From a virus (Duplodnaviria; Caudoviricetes): 64,000 nt of DNA. Both the position numbers and the translations under genes were made by a program. The notes under the pieces were generated by a model. That model ran no database searches and was not told where the DNA came from. It saw nothing but the letters and a program-made list of their open reading frames with translations. The stretch lies in IMG/VR virus record IMGVR_UViG_3300042935_001404. One strand, 5' to 3'. Shown piece after piece: positions 27,233 to 36,625 of this stretch. The stretch's first letter is position 1, and each line of letters begins with the position of its first letter.

Positions 27233-28299
27233 TATTCGTTGATGCTTTCGTCGATAATTTCGTCTACTACTCTGATATCTTTCTGGTTGGCAAAATCTGC
27301 CATAAGTTTGTCTAAACAGCCGTTTTCATTTGCTTCCCATTTTTTACGGAACTGTTTGATCACTTCACCATCACTTGTGACAAATACCAAACTGTTGCCT
27401 TCTTTCTTGAGAATGTTTTTCTTCTCTGCCAGGTCAACCAATCCCGAATGTGGACTCATGCCAGTTGAGTAAGGAATCTTAACTTGCATACCTTCAAACG
27501 GTTTAGCATAGCGTGTTTTCATTACTTTACAGCCGGCACGAATACCGTTGACTTCTGATACTTTGTTGCCATCTTCGTCTTCTTTCAATTTCATTTTCTT
27601 CATGGCAACAACAATACTCGATGCATAGATAAATCCTTGACCACCGGAGATCTTGTCATCGGGATCGAACATGTCTTGGCTTGCGTATGTATGATTAGTA
27701 GCAACCAATCCAACATTGTGACTACCAAACATATTAACACAGTTACGAACCAGTGCTGTCAGTGCCTTGGGCTTGCGGCCCATGTCACCTTTCATGTCAC
27801 CTGCTTCAAACTGGTTAACGTCTGTGGGAGTCAACAACATGCCCAACGAATCAATCACCCACAGAACCTTCATGCGTTCTTCATCAGGAAGTGCTTTGTA
27901 ATCAATCATGAATGTGGAAATTGCTTTGGCCACGTCGTCGATCATGCTCATATTAAGTTTAAGCAACTTTGCCGGATCAGTGTCAACACCCAGTGCGTGT
28001 AGCCACGATTCGTCTAGTGCATTTTCTGTGTCAACAAGAATAACAAAGATGCCTTGTTCTTGTGCGTTTTTTACAATGTTACCAGAGCAGATGTAACTTT
28101 TACCTGCGCCAGATTCACCGGCAAACACAGTTACCTTGCCTAGCGGAATACCTTTGTTGAAGTCTCCACTAATAAGATAGTTTAAGGCATAGTTGCCTGT
28201 GCCAATCCAGTCAGTTGGATCGTTAAATCCAATACTCAGGCCTTGGATGCTTTTGGTAATGTCCTTGCGGAACTTTGATATGTCAAATGGTTTTGCCAT
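27232..28299 (-). CDS. uvsX: RecA-family recombinase UvsX
   Basis: GESGAGKS, VDTENA, IDSLGML, NHTY and SGGQG motifs. Confidence 0.92.
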   Translation of the reverse strand: MAKPFDISKFRKDITKSIQGLSIGFNDPTDWIGTGNYALNYLISGDFNKGIPLGKVTVFAGESGAGKSYICSGNIVKNAQEQGIFVILVDTENALDESWLHALGVDTDPAKLLKLNMSMIDDVAKAISTFMIDYKALPDEERMKVLWVIDSLGMLLTPTDVNQFEAGDMKGDMGRKPKALTALVRNCVNMFGSHNVGLVATNHTYASQDMFDPDDKISGGQGFIYASSIVVAMKKMKLKEDEDGNKVSEVNGIRAGCKVMKTRYAKPFEGMQVKIPYSTGMSPHSGLVDLAEKKNILKKEGNSLVFVTSDGEVIKQFRKKWEANENGCLDKLMADFANQKDIRVVDEIIDESINE

Positions 28300-28310
28300 G
28301 TTGTGCCTTT

Positions 28311-29213
28311 TTAATGTTTAACAATTCTTGCTCGATTATTATCTCGAGAATTACGATATAAAATTTTTCTATAATCAAATAACTTGTTTTCTATGTCAAC
28401 TACGGTTGCAATTGGTATTTGTTCTGCTACTAATTTAACTCCCATTTTCTCTGCCCACTGAGAGGATTCGGTACTAAAAGGAATAGTTTCAGGCATTGAC
28501 AAATTTAATTGAAATGCAAATTCTAAGTTTTCGTAATTATAGTGATCGGGATATTTTAGTTCTGTGTCAAAAAATCTAAACTTATTATAATACTGACGAC
28601 CCACGTATGTATAGCCAAAAGAAAAATTTACTATGTCATTGTTAGTGACCATAGTGTCTTGGTAAGGATTTTTAAATACTTCCCATTTTTCATCGGCTTT
28701 AAATTCTAAACGATTAAAACTATACTCCAATCGGTGTATGCCCATGTTCACTTCTCTATAAGGGTACAAATATCCTAATTTTTCTAGTGCTGGCGCAGTC
28801 TTAACAATTCTAATTTCGTCAGGATATAATTCGTGTAGCTTGCTACCAATTTTAGATTGGCGCATGTCACTGCTGAATCGCAGTTTGTCAATGTCAATGT
28901 CATGATAATGAGAAAACACCCAATCTGAATGCTCTTTGTTAAGAAATTCCTGATCTAGATAATTTTCCAAATTAGTATGTTGTTTAAATGATTGTCCTAT
29001 TAGATCATACAACATCTCATTTGTCTTTGATATTGCCCAATGCAAGTGTGTTAACTTTTGATCTAGATCTTTGTAAAGTTCTTGATCGTTGGAAAACGCA
29101 TTTTGTGATTTTTTATTTGTTTGATCTATAAAAAATTCAAACAATTCATGATTATACTTGACCTCAAAGGGCAGAGTATCTCCAGAGTTATCAAATACTA
29201 AAGAAAATTTCAT
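28311..29213 (-). CDS. Hypothetical protein (~300 aa)
   Basis: Long AT-rich ORF between gp32 and uvsX. ATG 29213 is preferred because the track's TTG start at 29261 runs through a hairpin. Confidence 0.7.
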   Translation of the reverse strand: MKFSLVFDNSGDTLPFEVKYNHELFEFFIDQTNKKSQNAFSNDQELYKDLDQKLTHLHWAISKTNEMLYDLIGQSFKQHTNLENYLDQEFLNKEHSDWVFSHYHDIDIDKLRFSSDMRQSKIGSKLHELYPDEIRIVKTAPALEKLGYLYPYREVNMGIHRLEYSFNRLEFKADEKWEVFKNPYQDTMVTNNDIVNFSFGYTYVGRQYYNKFRFFDTELKYPDHYNYENLEFAFQLNLSMPETIPFSTESSQWAEKMGVKLVAEQIPIATVVDIENKLFDYRKILYRNSRDNNRARIVKH

Positions 29214-29224
29214 ATGTGTATTGT

Positions 29225-29252
29225 TTAGCCCAGGTGTTACCACCCAGGCTAA
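29225..29252 (-). other. 12-bp stem-loop with GNRA (GUAA) tetraloop after the SSB gene
   Basis: TTAGCCTGGGTG-GTAA-CACCTGGGCTAA (two G-U pairs). No U-tract on the - strand. Confidence 0.65.
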
Positions 29253-29261
29253 TTTTTTCAA

Positions 29262-30242
29262 TTACTTCTGTTGACGGGCCCGGATCATGGCCAAAATATC
29301 TTCGGCTTTCTGAGTAGGTGCTGCCGCGGCAGGAGCTGTGACTGGTGCTGTTGCCACAGGTGGCTCGTCCTCATCAAAGTCCGACACCGGAGCAGACACT
29401 GCCTTTGGAACAGCAATACTGGCTGGTGCAGACTCTACAGTGCCTGCGGGTGCAGACACACCTGCGGGTCGGAAGTAAGAACTCCACCGCTCTGTGTCAT
29501 ATGCTTGACCATCTACTGATGCTTCAAACATTTCTTTCATGACTTTCACAGCCGCTTCGTCTGGCTTCTTGGGCAAGAATGTGCTCAAGTCAAACAAGCC
29601 GTGTGCATCCACTGCTGCCTGTTCCACTTCTGACAGTGCAGACTCTTTACGTGCCCACTTTGAGGTGTTGTAGTCAGCAAAGCCGCCTTTTTGCGTTTTT
29701 GTGATGCGGAAGTCCAGACCACGCAAGGTGTCTGTTGGAGTTTCTTCCAGTTCTGGATCCATCAGCGCACCTTTAATGATGGTGAACAACTGAGGACCAA
29801 TGATGAATCTACGGATGGGATTGTCAGGAGTCTTGTCATCTGCCAAGGGGTTCTCGCGAACAAAGCCTTGGAAAATGTAACTGCGTTTTTTCCAGTACTT
29901 GCGACCCATGTCTTCCAGACTTTTGTCTTTGAACCATGTGCGTACTTCTGTCAGGATTGGGCAAGTTTCTTGCCACATTTCCATACAAGGAACCTGTACG
30001 TAAACCTGTTTTGATTCCATCTCTCCTTTGATGCCATTGAATGGCAAACGAATCATTGCTCGTTCTTGCCAAAAGAATGTGTTTTTTGTGTTGCCGTCTG
30101 GGAGGAATCGTAGTGTAGTGGATGCGCCTTCTTCCATGTTCCAGTGTGCGTAAATTGCGTTATCGCCACCAGTGGATGCTCCACCTTTGTTGTTGCCTTC
30201 TGAGGCTGCGAGACGTGCTCGGATGTCTGCTAATGATGCCAT
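29262..30242 (-). CDS. gp32: Single-stranded DNA-binding protein (T4 gp32-like)
   Basis: LRFLPD, VPC...CPIL, YWKKRSY, GLDFRITK and YNTSKW motifs, plus an Ala/Pro/acidic C-terminal tail. Confidence 0.85.
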   Translation of the reverse strand: MASLADIRARLAASEGNNKGGASTGGDNAIYAHWNMEEGASTTLRFLPDGNTKNTFFWQERAMIRLPFNGIKGEMESKQVYVQVPCMEMWQETCPILTEVRTWFKDKSLEDMGRKYWKKRSYIFQGFVRENPLADDKTPDNPIRRFIIGPQLFTIIKGALMDPELEETPTDTLRGLDFRITKTQKGGFADYNTSKWARKESALSEVEQAAVDAHGLFDLSTFLPKKPDEAAVKVMKEMFEASVDGQAYDTERWSSYFRPAGVSAPAGTVESAPASIAVPKAVSAPVSDFDEDEPPVATAPVTAPAAAAPTQKAEDILAMIRARQQK

Positions 30243-30299
30243 TTTAAGTTGCCTTTCTAGTGTTATAAAATGTTTTCTAAGTTGCCTGTGATGCTAATG

Positions 30300-30358
30300 A
30301 AAAAAGCGTGTCACTGTTGTAGTGTACACGCTTTTGTTGTCAGCGTCAATGATATTTA
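30300..30358 (-). promoter_or_regulatory. Overlapping terminator, sigma70 promoter and late TAAATA upstream of gp32
   Basis: TTGACG (30344-30349)-N17-TACACT (30321-30326). Inverted repeat AAAAGCGTGT/ACACGCTTTT (30302-30335) plus T-run. TAAATA at 30353-30358. Confidence 0.7.
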
Positions 30359-30383
30359 TGACGCATTTGTTCTAATGACTATT

Positions 30384-32414
30384 TTATGATCTAATCATCC
30401 CGGACAGTTCTCGCAACCGGTGTAGCACATCTTCTTCTACGTCATCGAACTTTTGAAGTTTACCAGAGTGTCCGTATTGGCCTTGTAACGTTGTGGTTTC
30501 TCCCAGAGGTGGGTTGCCGGTTGTCACTGCAACTTCTTCTGCCATATTGCCTAACATTTGTTCGATCTGCTTGATCCATCCACTTACGTCACTAGATCCA
30601 ATTTCTTCTACATCACCTACAAAGTCTGCAACTTCGTCAATGGCGGCTGTTACTTTTTCTGGACCGTACTTGCTCAACAAATCCGAACGTTGCATTAAAA
30701 TTCTACGTGTGATAGCACTGGCCACTGGACTGTCTTCCATGCCTTCTGCCATGTCAGGCTTGGAATTATTCATTCCTGATAGTTCTTGCAAACGAGATAT
30801 TGTATCCTGCTCGCCTTCGTACATGCTGCCGCATTCCATTAGGCCGTGTTCTGGGCAGTGTTCGCCTTCGGCAGTGTAGTTGCATGATCCATCTGTTTCT
30901 TCTTCGCCAAATGCATCTTGTGCGGCGCTGCCTAGTTTGGCACCAGTCATTGCACCACCTGGACTCTTTGTCAGTGCGGCACCACCAATGCCACCTACTA
31001 TTGAGCCAAGCATGCCATCTTGTAACAACTCGTTGTTCATTCCGCCATCAACTGAATATTCTTCATCATCTTGTTCAGCTACAGGAGGGGGCGGAACTTC
31101 GGCTGGTGCTTCTGCCGGCACAGCAGGTGCTTCGGGCGCAACTGTTGGCGGGGCTAACTGTTCTGATTTGAGTGCGTCTAGCACCGGCTCAAAATCTTCA
31201 AATCCTTTGTTGGACATGTCTTTGATACGTGCAATAACCAGGTTGCGGCAATCAGCATCGGGATCTTGTTCAGCTAAATCTTGCAGTTGATCGAACAGAA
31301 TATCATCACCAACTAAACTGTACAACTGTTCTGTTGCATTGGTTGCATCTGCACCAACTGGCAACTCTTGTGACAGCAATGCAATAAGTTCTTGCTGTTG
31401 TTCTGGGGTGTTGGGTGTTGCCCAGGTGCCTTCTAATAGGTTTTCGGCCCAGGCTTCAAATATGTTTGCTTCTTTCATTGCAGTTCCTTGTTGTTGTATA
31501 CGGGCCAAGATAGGCAAGGCCTGTTCAATTCGCGAATCAATTGTTTCTTGAACAAATAGTGTTTTAATGTCTTCGATGATTACATCTTGCTCGGTTATGT
31601 CGGCAGGATTCCAACTTTCAAAGTAGCTGTTGTATCCACGACTTGAAGCCAGGCCTTTAAGAGTCCGGCTCATTGTGGCATGGTACACATTGGTTTCATT
31701 CACCAGGTTGGCAGTGTCGCCTTCAAACACACGGCCATGACTGGCTCTGCGGAAACGGCTCAGCACATTGAGTTCTTCCACTATGTTGGCAATGTGCTGT
31801 CCCCGCATGTCATAGGGTCTGCCACCTTGACGCACATGCTCTACCATGGCGCGGCCACCTGCTAGGTTGCGGAATGGTAACTTGTAACGCTCGCCTTCGG
31901 CTGTTTCTAAAAATAAACTTTCAACTTGACGGAACCGTGCTTCATTCACGCCCATTGGACGCTTGTGACGTATCATTAAGCGCACAGAATCCGGACCACC
32001 GTTCCAACTCACATTCTTTGTGCCGTTCCACGATTCAAACAGGCCTTCTTTGAGTGCGGCCTGACCTTGCATGCTGTACTTGAGTCTGTTGATATTTTGA
32101 CTGCCAAAAGTCATAAAATTCTTTGTGGCAAAGTTTTTAAGTTGATGCTGGAACTCATACCATTCGGTTTTGTCTTCACTGTCCATGCCGCGGCCCACAT
32201 TGTCACCGCTGAATAATTCCAGTTGTTTATCATCTCCCAGCATCACAACCACTGTGCCGTAGTTGGTGCCGCCTGCACTGACAAATTCAAAACTGTAAAT
32301 CTCAGCATCTTCTGCTGTGGGTGCAGGCTTGCCAGTGCTGTCTAGTATTTCTGGGTCAAAGCCGCGTGTGACCAATAGGTCAAAAAGTTGTTGTCCGGGA
32401 GTATTCTGTGCCAT
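30384..32414 (-). CDS. Large acidic hypothetical protein, probable head/internal protein
   Basis: TAAATA lies 7 nt before the ATG. Repeated hydrophobic-x-E motifs, two RLxELSGM motifs, and a glycine-zipper-like segment. Confidence 0.55.
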   Translation of the reverse strand: MAQNTPGQQLFDLLVTRGFDPEILDSTGKPAPTAEDAEIYSFEFVSAGGTNYGTVVVMLGDDKQLELFSGDNVGRGMDSEDKTEWYEFQHQLKNFATKNFMTFGSQNINRLKYSMQGQAALKEGLFESWNGTKNVSWNGGPDSVRLMIRHKRPMGVNEARFRQVESLFLETAEGERYKLPFRNLAGGRAMVEHVRQGGRPYDMRGQHIANIVEELNVLSRFRRASHGRVFEGDTANLVNETNVYHATMSRTLKGLASSRGYNSYFESWNPADITEQDVIIEDIKTLFVQETIDSRIEQALPILARIQQQGTAMKEANIFEAWAENLLEGTWATPNTPEQQQELIALLSQELPVGADATNATEQLYSLVGDDILFDQLQDLAEQDPDADCRNLVIARIKDMSNKGFEDFEPVLDALKSEQLAPPTVAPEAPAVPAEAPAEVPPPPVAEQDDEEYSVDGGMNNELLQDGMLGSIVGGIGGAALTKSPGGAMTGAKLGSAAQDAFGEEETDGSCNYTAEGEHCPEHGLMECGSMYEGEQDTISRLQELSGMNNSKPDMAEGMEDSPVASAITRRILMQRSDLLSKYGPEKVTAAIDEVADFVGDVEEIGSSDVSGWIKQIEQMLGNMAEEVAVTTGNPPLGETTTLQGQYGHSGKLQKFDDVEEDVLHRLRELSGMIRS

Positions 32415-32439
32415 AGTGTTCTATTTATCCAATTTAGCT

Positions 32440-34014
32440 TTAACGTAATGTGGCAAAAAACGGCATAGGCTCTATCATTGTATCGCCAAAATCACGCATT
32501 TGCGAGTCCATTTCTGTGTGATAGTTCTGTAACAACTGCATCATGCGTATGGCCAACAGTGTGCCCATGACCAAGTCGTCTGTTTCACCGGGTTTGGCAG
32601 CATAACTTGTTCCGTGTGCCACAAACGTTTTGAGTTCTGATACCAGCGGAGCACTGTTGATCGACATCTTTTTGGATTCTACCAAGATCTTTAACTTGCT
32701 ACAGGCTGATAACTTGCTCTTGTTTGTGGTGTTAAATCCCTTGCGGATTCTACGTGCGCCTCCGGCCACAGAGTTGTCACTTAAGAAATAGCCTTCAATG
32801 TTTTCTTCGCCAAACTCTGCAATAGAGATCAGTGCGGCTTCGCCAATGGTGTTGTTTTCTACTGAGTAGTAAATGCTCTTGGGATCTTTAACAGTTTCGT
32901 TGATGTGTTTACACACGTCAGATAAGATACGTATCTGTGCTGGAATAGTTGTTTTATTATGGCGCCATTCAGCCACTTGTATGGTAGTATTGGCTTCAAA
33001 CACCTGTATGGCAGCAGGATCGCCGCCTGTGCCCAAACTTGGGTCCAGGGCTACAACATACAGTTTGCCAGCCTCGGGCCGTTTATACCAACGCACTTGC
33101 CCTGTTCTATACAGGGGATCTTGTTGACCTTTTAACTCAACCAAGATAGCCGGTGCAATCAGTGTTTCATCGTTGATAATAAACTCACAGCCAATTTCTC
33201 GACGGAAACGATCTGTTCCCAACTGTGCTTCCATACTGGCGCCCCAGGCTTCATCACGGTCTGGATGCTCTTGCCAGAAACTACGGAATGCCTTGAATCC
33301 ATTGATACCTAGGGGTGTTGGATTGCCATATTCATCTTCGCACTTGTTGGCGCTTTTCCATAACAGAGCAAATTGATCTTCGTCTGAGTTTGGTGTTGAT
33401 GTAATAATTGCCTTACCACCAGTTGCTAGTGTGGGGCTAATACTGGTCCAAAACTCTTTGGCAATAGTGGGCCGAACAAACGCAAACTCGTCTGCGTATA
33501 AGAGTGATATACTCATACCACGACCAGTTGTTTCTGTGGTTGTGGCTGATATGATACGGCTTCCGTTTTCAAAGTCTATTGAGCCTTTGTTGTAACTAGT
33601 AACACCTGCACGTATGTGATCTGGGCATAGTTCGTAAGCAAAGCGTATGCGTTGCATGATCTCTTGGGCACCTGTGTACTTGTGTGCGGCAATAAGAATT
33701 GTTGAGTCTGGCACAAACATTGCATACCATAGCAAGTATCCGGCAGCACTTGTGGACTTGCCGGTTTGTCGAGGCATCATAGAGATACTGAAGCGATAAT
33801 TATGATACACATTGATCAATCGTTCTTGATACTCAAATGGATGATACAACATTTTGCCTTGTGTAGGATGCTGTATATAAAAGAAATGATCTAGGAAGTA
33901 TGCTGGACCTGTGACAGAGTCTGCACAGTCCATAAACTCTGTTATTTCTGCTTCCGAGAATGCTTGCCGCCGGTGCGGCGCTTTGATCAATACGCCTTCT
34001 AAACTTTTAGCCAT
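32440..34014 (-). CDS. gp17: Terminase large subunit (T4 gp17-like)
   Basis: HPFEYQ, MPRQTGKS, LLYADEFAF, STPN, RREIGCEF, VALDPSLG and DDLVM motifs. Confidence 0.95.
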   Translation of the reverse strand: MAKSLEGVLIKAPHRRQAFSEAEITEFMDCADSVTGPAYFLDHFFYIQHPTQGKMLYHPFEYQERLINVYHNYRFSISMMPRQTGKSTSAAGYLLWYAMFVPDSTILIAAHKYTGAQEIMQRIRFAYELCPDHIRAGVTSYNKGSIDFENGSRIISATTTETTGRGMSISLLYADEFAFVRPTIAKEFWTSISPTLATGGKAIITSTPNSDEDQFALLWKSANKCEDEYGNPTPLGINGFKAFRSFWQEHPDRDEAWGASMEAQLGTDRFRREIGCEFIINDETLIAPAILVELKGQQDPLYRTGQVRWYKRPEAGKLYVVALDPSLGTGGDPAAIQVFEANTTIQVAEWRHNKTTIPAQIRILSDVCKHINETVKDPKSIYYSVENNTIGEAALISIAEFGEENIEGYFLSDNSVAGGARRIRKGFNTTNKSKLSACSKLKILVESKKMSINSAPLVSELKTFVAHGTSYAAKPGETDDLVMGTLLAIRMMQLLQNYHTEMDSQMRDFGDTMIEPMPFFATLR

Positions 34015-34750
34015 GTATATCCTTTATACTTCTCAAGTGATCAATTATTTTCGCATGTACTCGATGATGACTAGGAGGGCCTGGGTGAGTTAAATCTCTT
34101 GATAACCCCAACACAGGATTTCTAAAATCTTCAACGTCAATCACCAGTACAGGAATACCATGCTGGTGGCACACTTGTTGTATGGCCAGTTCATTGCGTT
34201 GTTTGTCAGCAATGCTGTTAGCGTCAGTAAACCACCAATCGCGAAAAACTTCCTGCACTGTAGCTACTTGAGGAAAGGCCGGAGACATCACAGTACTGAC
34301 ATTGTGTTGATTTATTATTTCAAATCGTTCTCTAAAAGTTGTTTGTAAAATTACAAATCTTGGTTTGATTATAGGCAACCAATAGTGAGCCAGTCTGAAT
34401 GCTAGTCCATTGGATACGCCAAACACACCAAAATTATCAACTGGAAGTGAGAGATCTTTTGAAATTCTTTCATGGTATAGCTCATCCACTGGAAGTCCGA
34501 GTCCTTGAGTAAAACTACACCCAAACACAGCAAATCCTGGCTGTGCTAGATCAATTTCTCTGGACCTGAATCCTTGAGCATTGTATCGATATTCTATCTT
34601 GTGGTCAATCCAGCCGTTCTGAGCCAACAACTCTCGCTGCCGAGTATTTTTTAAATTTTTATTGTATTCTTGTTCACTGTCAATACTGCACCACAGCAGT
34701 GTTTTGCCGGCATGCTGTTGCTGTACATGACAAGGTGCATGCTCAAACAT
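34007..34750 (-). CDS. SGNH-hydrolase-like protein
   Basis: VFGCSFTQG, NFGVFGVSN, and C-terminal RDLTHPG (DxxH). Confidence 0.65.
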   Translation of the reverse strand: MFEHAPCHVQQQHAGKTLLWCSIDSEQEYNKNLKNTRQRELLAQNGWIDHKIEYRYNAQGFRSREIDLAQPGFAVFGCSFTQGLGLPVDELYHERISKDLSLPVDNFGVFGVSNGLAFRLAHYWLPIIKPRFVILQTTFRERFEIINQHNVSTVMSPAFPQVATVQEVFRDWWFTDANSIADKQRNELAIQQVCHQHGIPVLVIDVEDFRNPVLGLSRDLTHPGPPSHHRVHAKIIDHLRSIKDIHG

Positions 34751-35879
34751 TGGTCAACTCCGGCCATAATTTCACAAATTCTCCTAGTTTGTCAGGATGG
34801 TATTGTGTTTCAATTTCTGCAATGTGTTGTCTAAATTTTTGCAAAATAGCAGGTTGGTCTTGTGTCACACTGTGATAGGTGTTTAATGCATTGTCAAAAA
34901 AAGATCTCTCAACAGGTGTTGCTAATCCTGTGGCGTAAAACTGTTCAATCTCTGCGGCGGCTAATTTGGCAACACCTGGGCCGTGCAAGAACGGATCAAG
35001 GTAGTCAGGTTGGAACAAGTTCTGCCACAGCACAGTTACTCCTGCTTCTTCGGCAAATTCTCGCAGTTCACAGATGCGTGTGGCATTGTAGATGTTGTAT
35101 ACCGCATGGATGCCGCCCCAGTGTCCAGAGTTAGCAATTAGTTTTTTGACTGCGGACAAGTTGTGTTTTAGCAACGCCCATTCACCACCATGACGCACAT
35201 ATTCAAATCGATCGCCAATGTTATCAAAACTCATGCTCCACCCAACTCGGTTCCGTTGACTTAGTTTCTTAAAGATTTTGTTTTTATCTAAGTCTACACT
35301 CATGTTGGTGATCAGTGTCACAATAGCATCCTGTGGAATAACATCAAGCAGTCGTTCATTTTCCGGCAACAGCAACGGCTCGCCACCAACCAAGGCCACT
35401 TCGTGTATGTGTTCTTGATGTTGTTCAATGAAGTCGCATACTTGTTCATAGTAAGGACGCGATCCCGATTTAAAAGGAATGCCTTTAAGGCTGGCCCACT
35501 TAGAACTGCAATATTCCATGCAGTAGTTACAACTTAGATTGCAGGTGGTGTTCCAGCGTATGTCTATAATAACAGGATAGTGATATTGTGAGCCTGCGGT
35601 GGCATAATCAAAGTTGGGATTTACGCTGTTGTGCCAATCACGTTCAGACCGGCCACCAAGGCGTTCTGCTTGCACACAGTTGGAACAGTATTTGTGTGGC
35701 TTACCTTGTGCAATAGTACTGCGTATTTCCTGTAGCAGATCTCCGTTGAGGATTTCAATGATGTTGTTGGTGTTTAGGTTACCCAGCATGTTGGGATCAC
35801 CTGCACAACAGGTTTTAACATCGCCACGTGGGTTTATATGTAGGCCACGCCAGGGTGCGGCACAGTAGAAATTCGTCAT
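34743..35879 (-). CDS. Radical SAM protein with N-terminal SPASM/Twitch-like segment
   Basis: N-terminal CAAPW...G.VKTCC...CSNC. CNLSCNYC, VGGEP, ITN and MSFD motifs. TAAATA 4 nt upstream. Confidence 0.88.
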   Translation of the reverse strand: MTNFYCAAPWRGLHINPRGDVKTCCAGDPNMLGNLNTNNIIEILNGDLLQEIRSTIAQGKPHKYCSNCVQAERLGGRSERDWHNSVNPNFDYATAGSQYHYPVIIDIRWNTTCNLSCNYCMEYCSSKWASLKGIPFKSGSRPYYEQVCDFIEQHQEHIHEVALVGGEPLLLPENERLLDVIPQDAIVTLITNMSVDLDKNKIFKKLSQRNRVGWSMSFDNIGDRFEYVRHGGEWALLKHNLSAVKKLIANSGHWGGIHAVYNIYNATRICELREFAEEAGVTVLWQNLFQPDYLDPFLHGPGVAKLAAAEIEQFYATGLATPVERSFFDNALNTYHSVTQDQPAILQKFRQHIAEIETQYHPDKLGEFVKLWPELTNV

Positions 35880-35897
35880 CCTGTATTTACAGGCGGA

Positions 35898-36335
35898 TCA
35901 TTGGCACCAACTTGTTTTGGCCTCACCGTAATATTCACGTGCAAATCCATTGGCAATTAGCTGTTGACGTAGACTAACACCGTTGAGTATGACATCACCC
36001 AGCACACGGCCACCGTACTTGTCCCAGTCCATCAGCACAATCTGTCGTTTTTGACTGTTGGCAATCAGTTGTTTGGTAAATGCCGAGGCTGCTTCGCCTC
36101 TTTGTGCTTCACTGGGGCATTGTGCTCTGAAGCCTTTTTCAGGAGTGTCCACACCGTACACACGAACACTGAGTTCTGGTTTCAGTGGTGCTGGTAACCA
36201 AGTGGCAGCAATGCCCACAGTATCGCCGTCAATCACTCTAGTGATCACAGCGTCATATACAACGCCGGGCTTTTGTTTGGGCTGTGCTAGTACTAGACAA
36301 GGCACAACAAGTAAGAGTAGGAGTAGTTGTTTCAT
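35898..36335 (-). CDS. Staphylococcal-nuclease (thermonuclease) family protein with predicted signal peptide
   Basis: VIDGDT, VRVYGVDTPE and DKYGGRVLG motifs. N-terminus MKQLLLLLLVVPCLVLA. Confidence 0.85.
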   Translation of the reverse strand: MKQLLLLLLVVPCLVLAQPKQKPGVVYDAVITRVIDGDTVGIAATWLPAPLKPELSVRVYGVDTPEKGFRAQCPSEAQRGEAASAFTKQLIANSQKRQIVLMDWDKYGGRVLGDVILNGVSLRQQLIANGFAREYYGEAKTSWCQ

Positions 36336-36346
36336 ATAGATATCGA

Positions 36347-36625
36347 TTAGGTGTAATACACAATTTCGCCAGTGGTGGGATTGTAGGCCAATTGCAAAAA
36401 TCCTGCAGGAAGTCCTGCACTGCCACCGTCGGTAATTCCGGCAGCAATTTGTGTTAGCGCACCTGAGCTGTTGCCAATAAACACTTGGTCAGTGCTTTGA
36501 TCAACCACCAGTTCGCCGGGTCTGGCATTGCCGTTGTAGTTTTCTATTGTTACTTGTGCGTTGTCTTTCATTACAGCACGGCTAATGCCAGTAATGTCAT
36601 CGTATGGTGGTGGTGGATTGGCCAT
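36347..36625 (-). CDS. Small protein with fibre-N-terminal-like motif
   Basis: PGELVVDQSTDQVFIG resembles the GEL..D.....l.iG motif at the start of many phage fibres. Confidence 0.45.
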   Translation of the reverse strand: MANPPPPYDDITGISRAVMKDNAQVTIENYNGNARPGELVVDQSTDQVFIGNSSGALTQIAAGITDGGSAGLPAGFLQLAYNPTTGEIVYYT

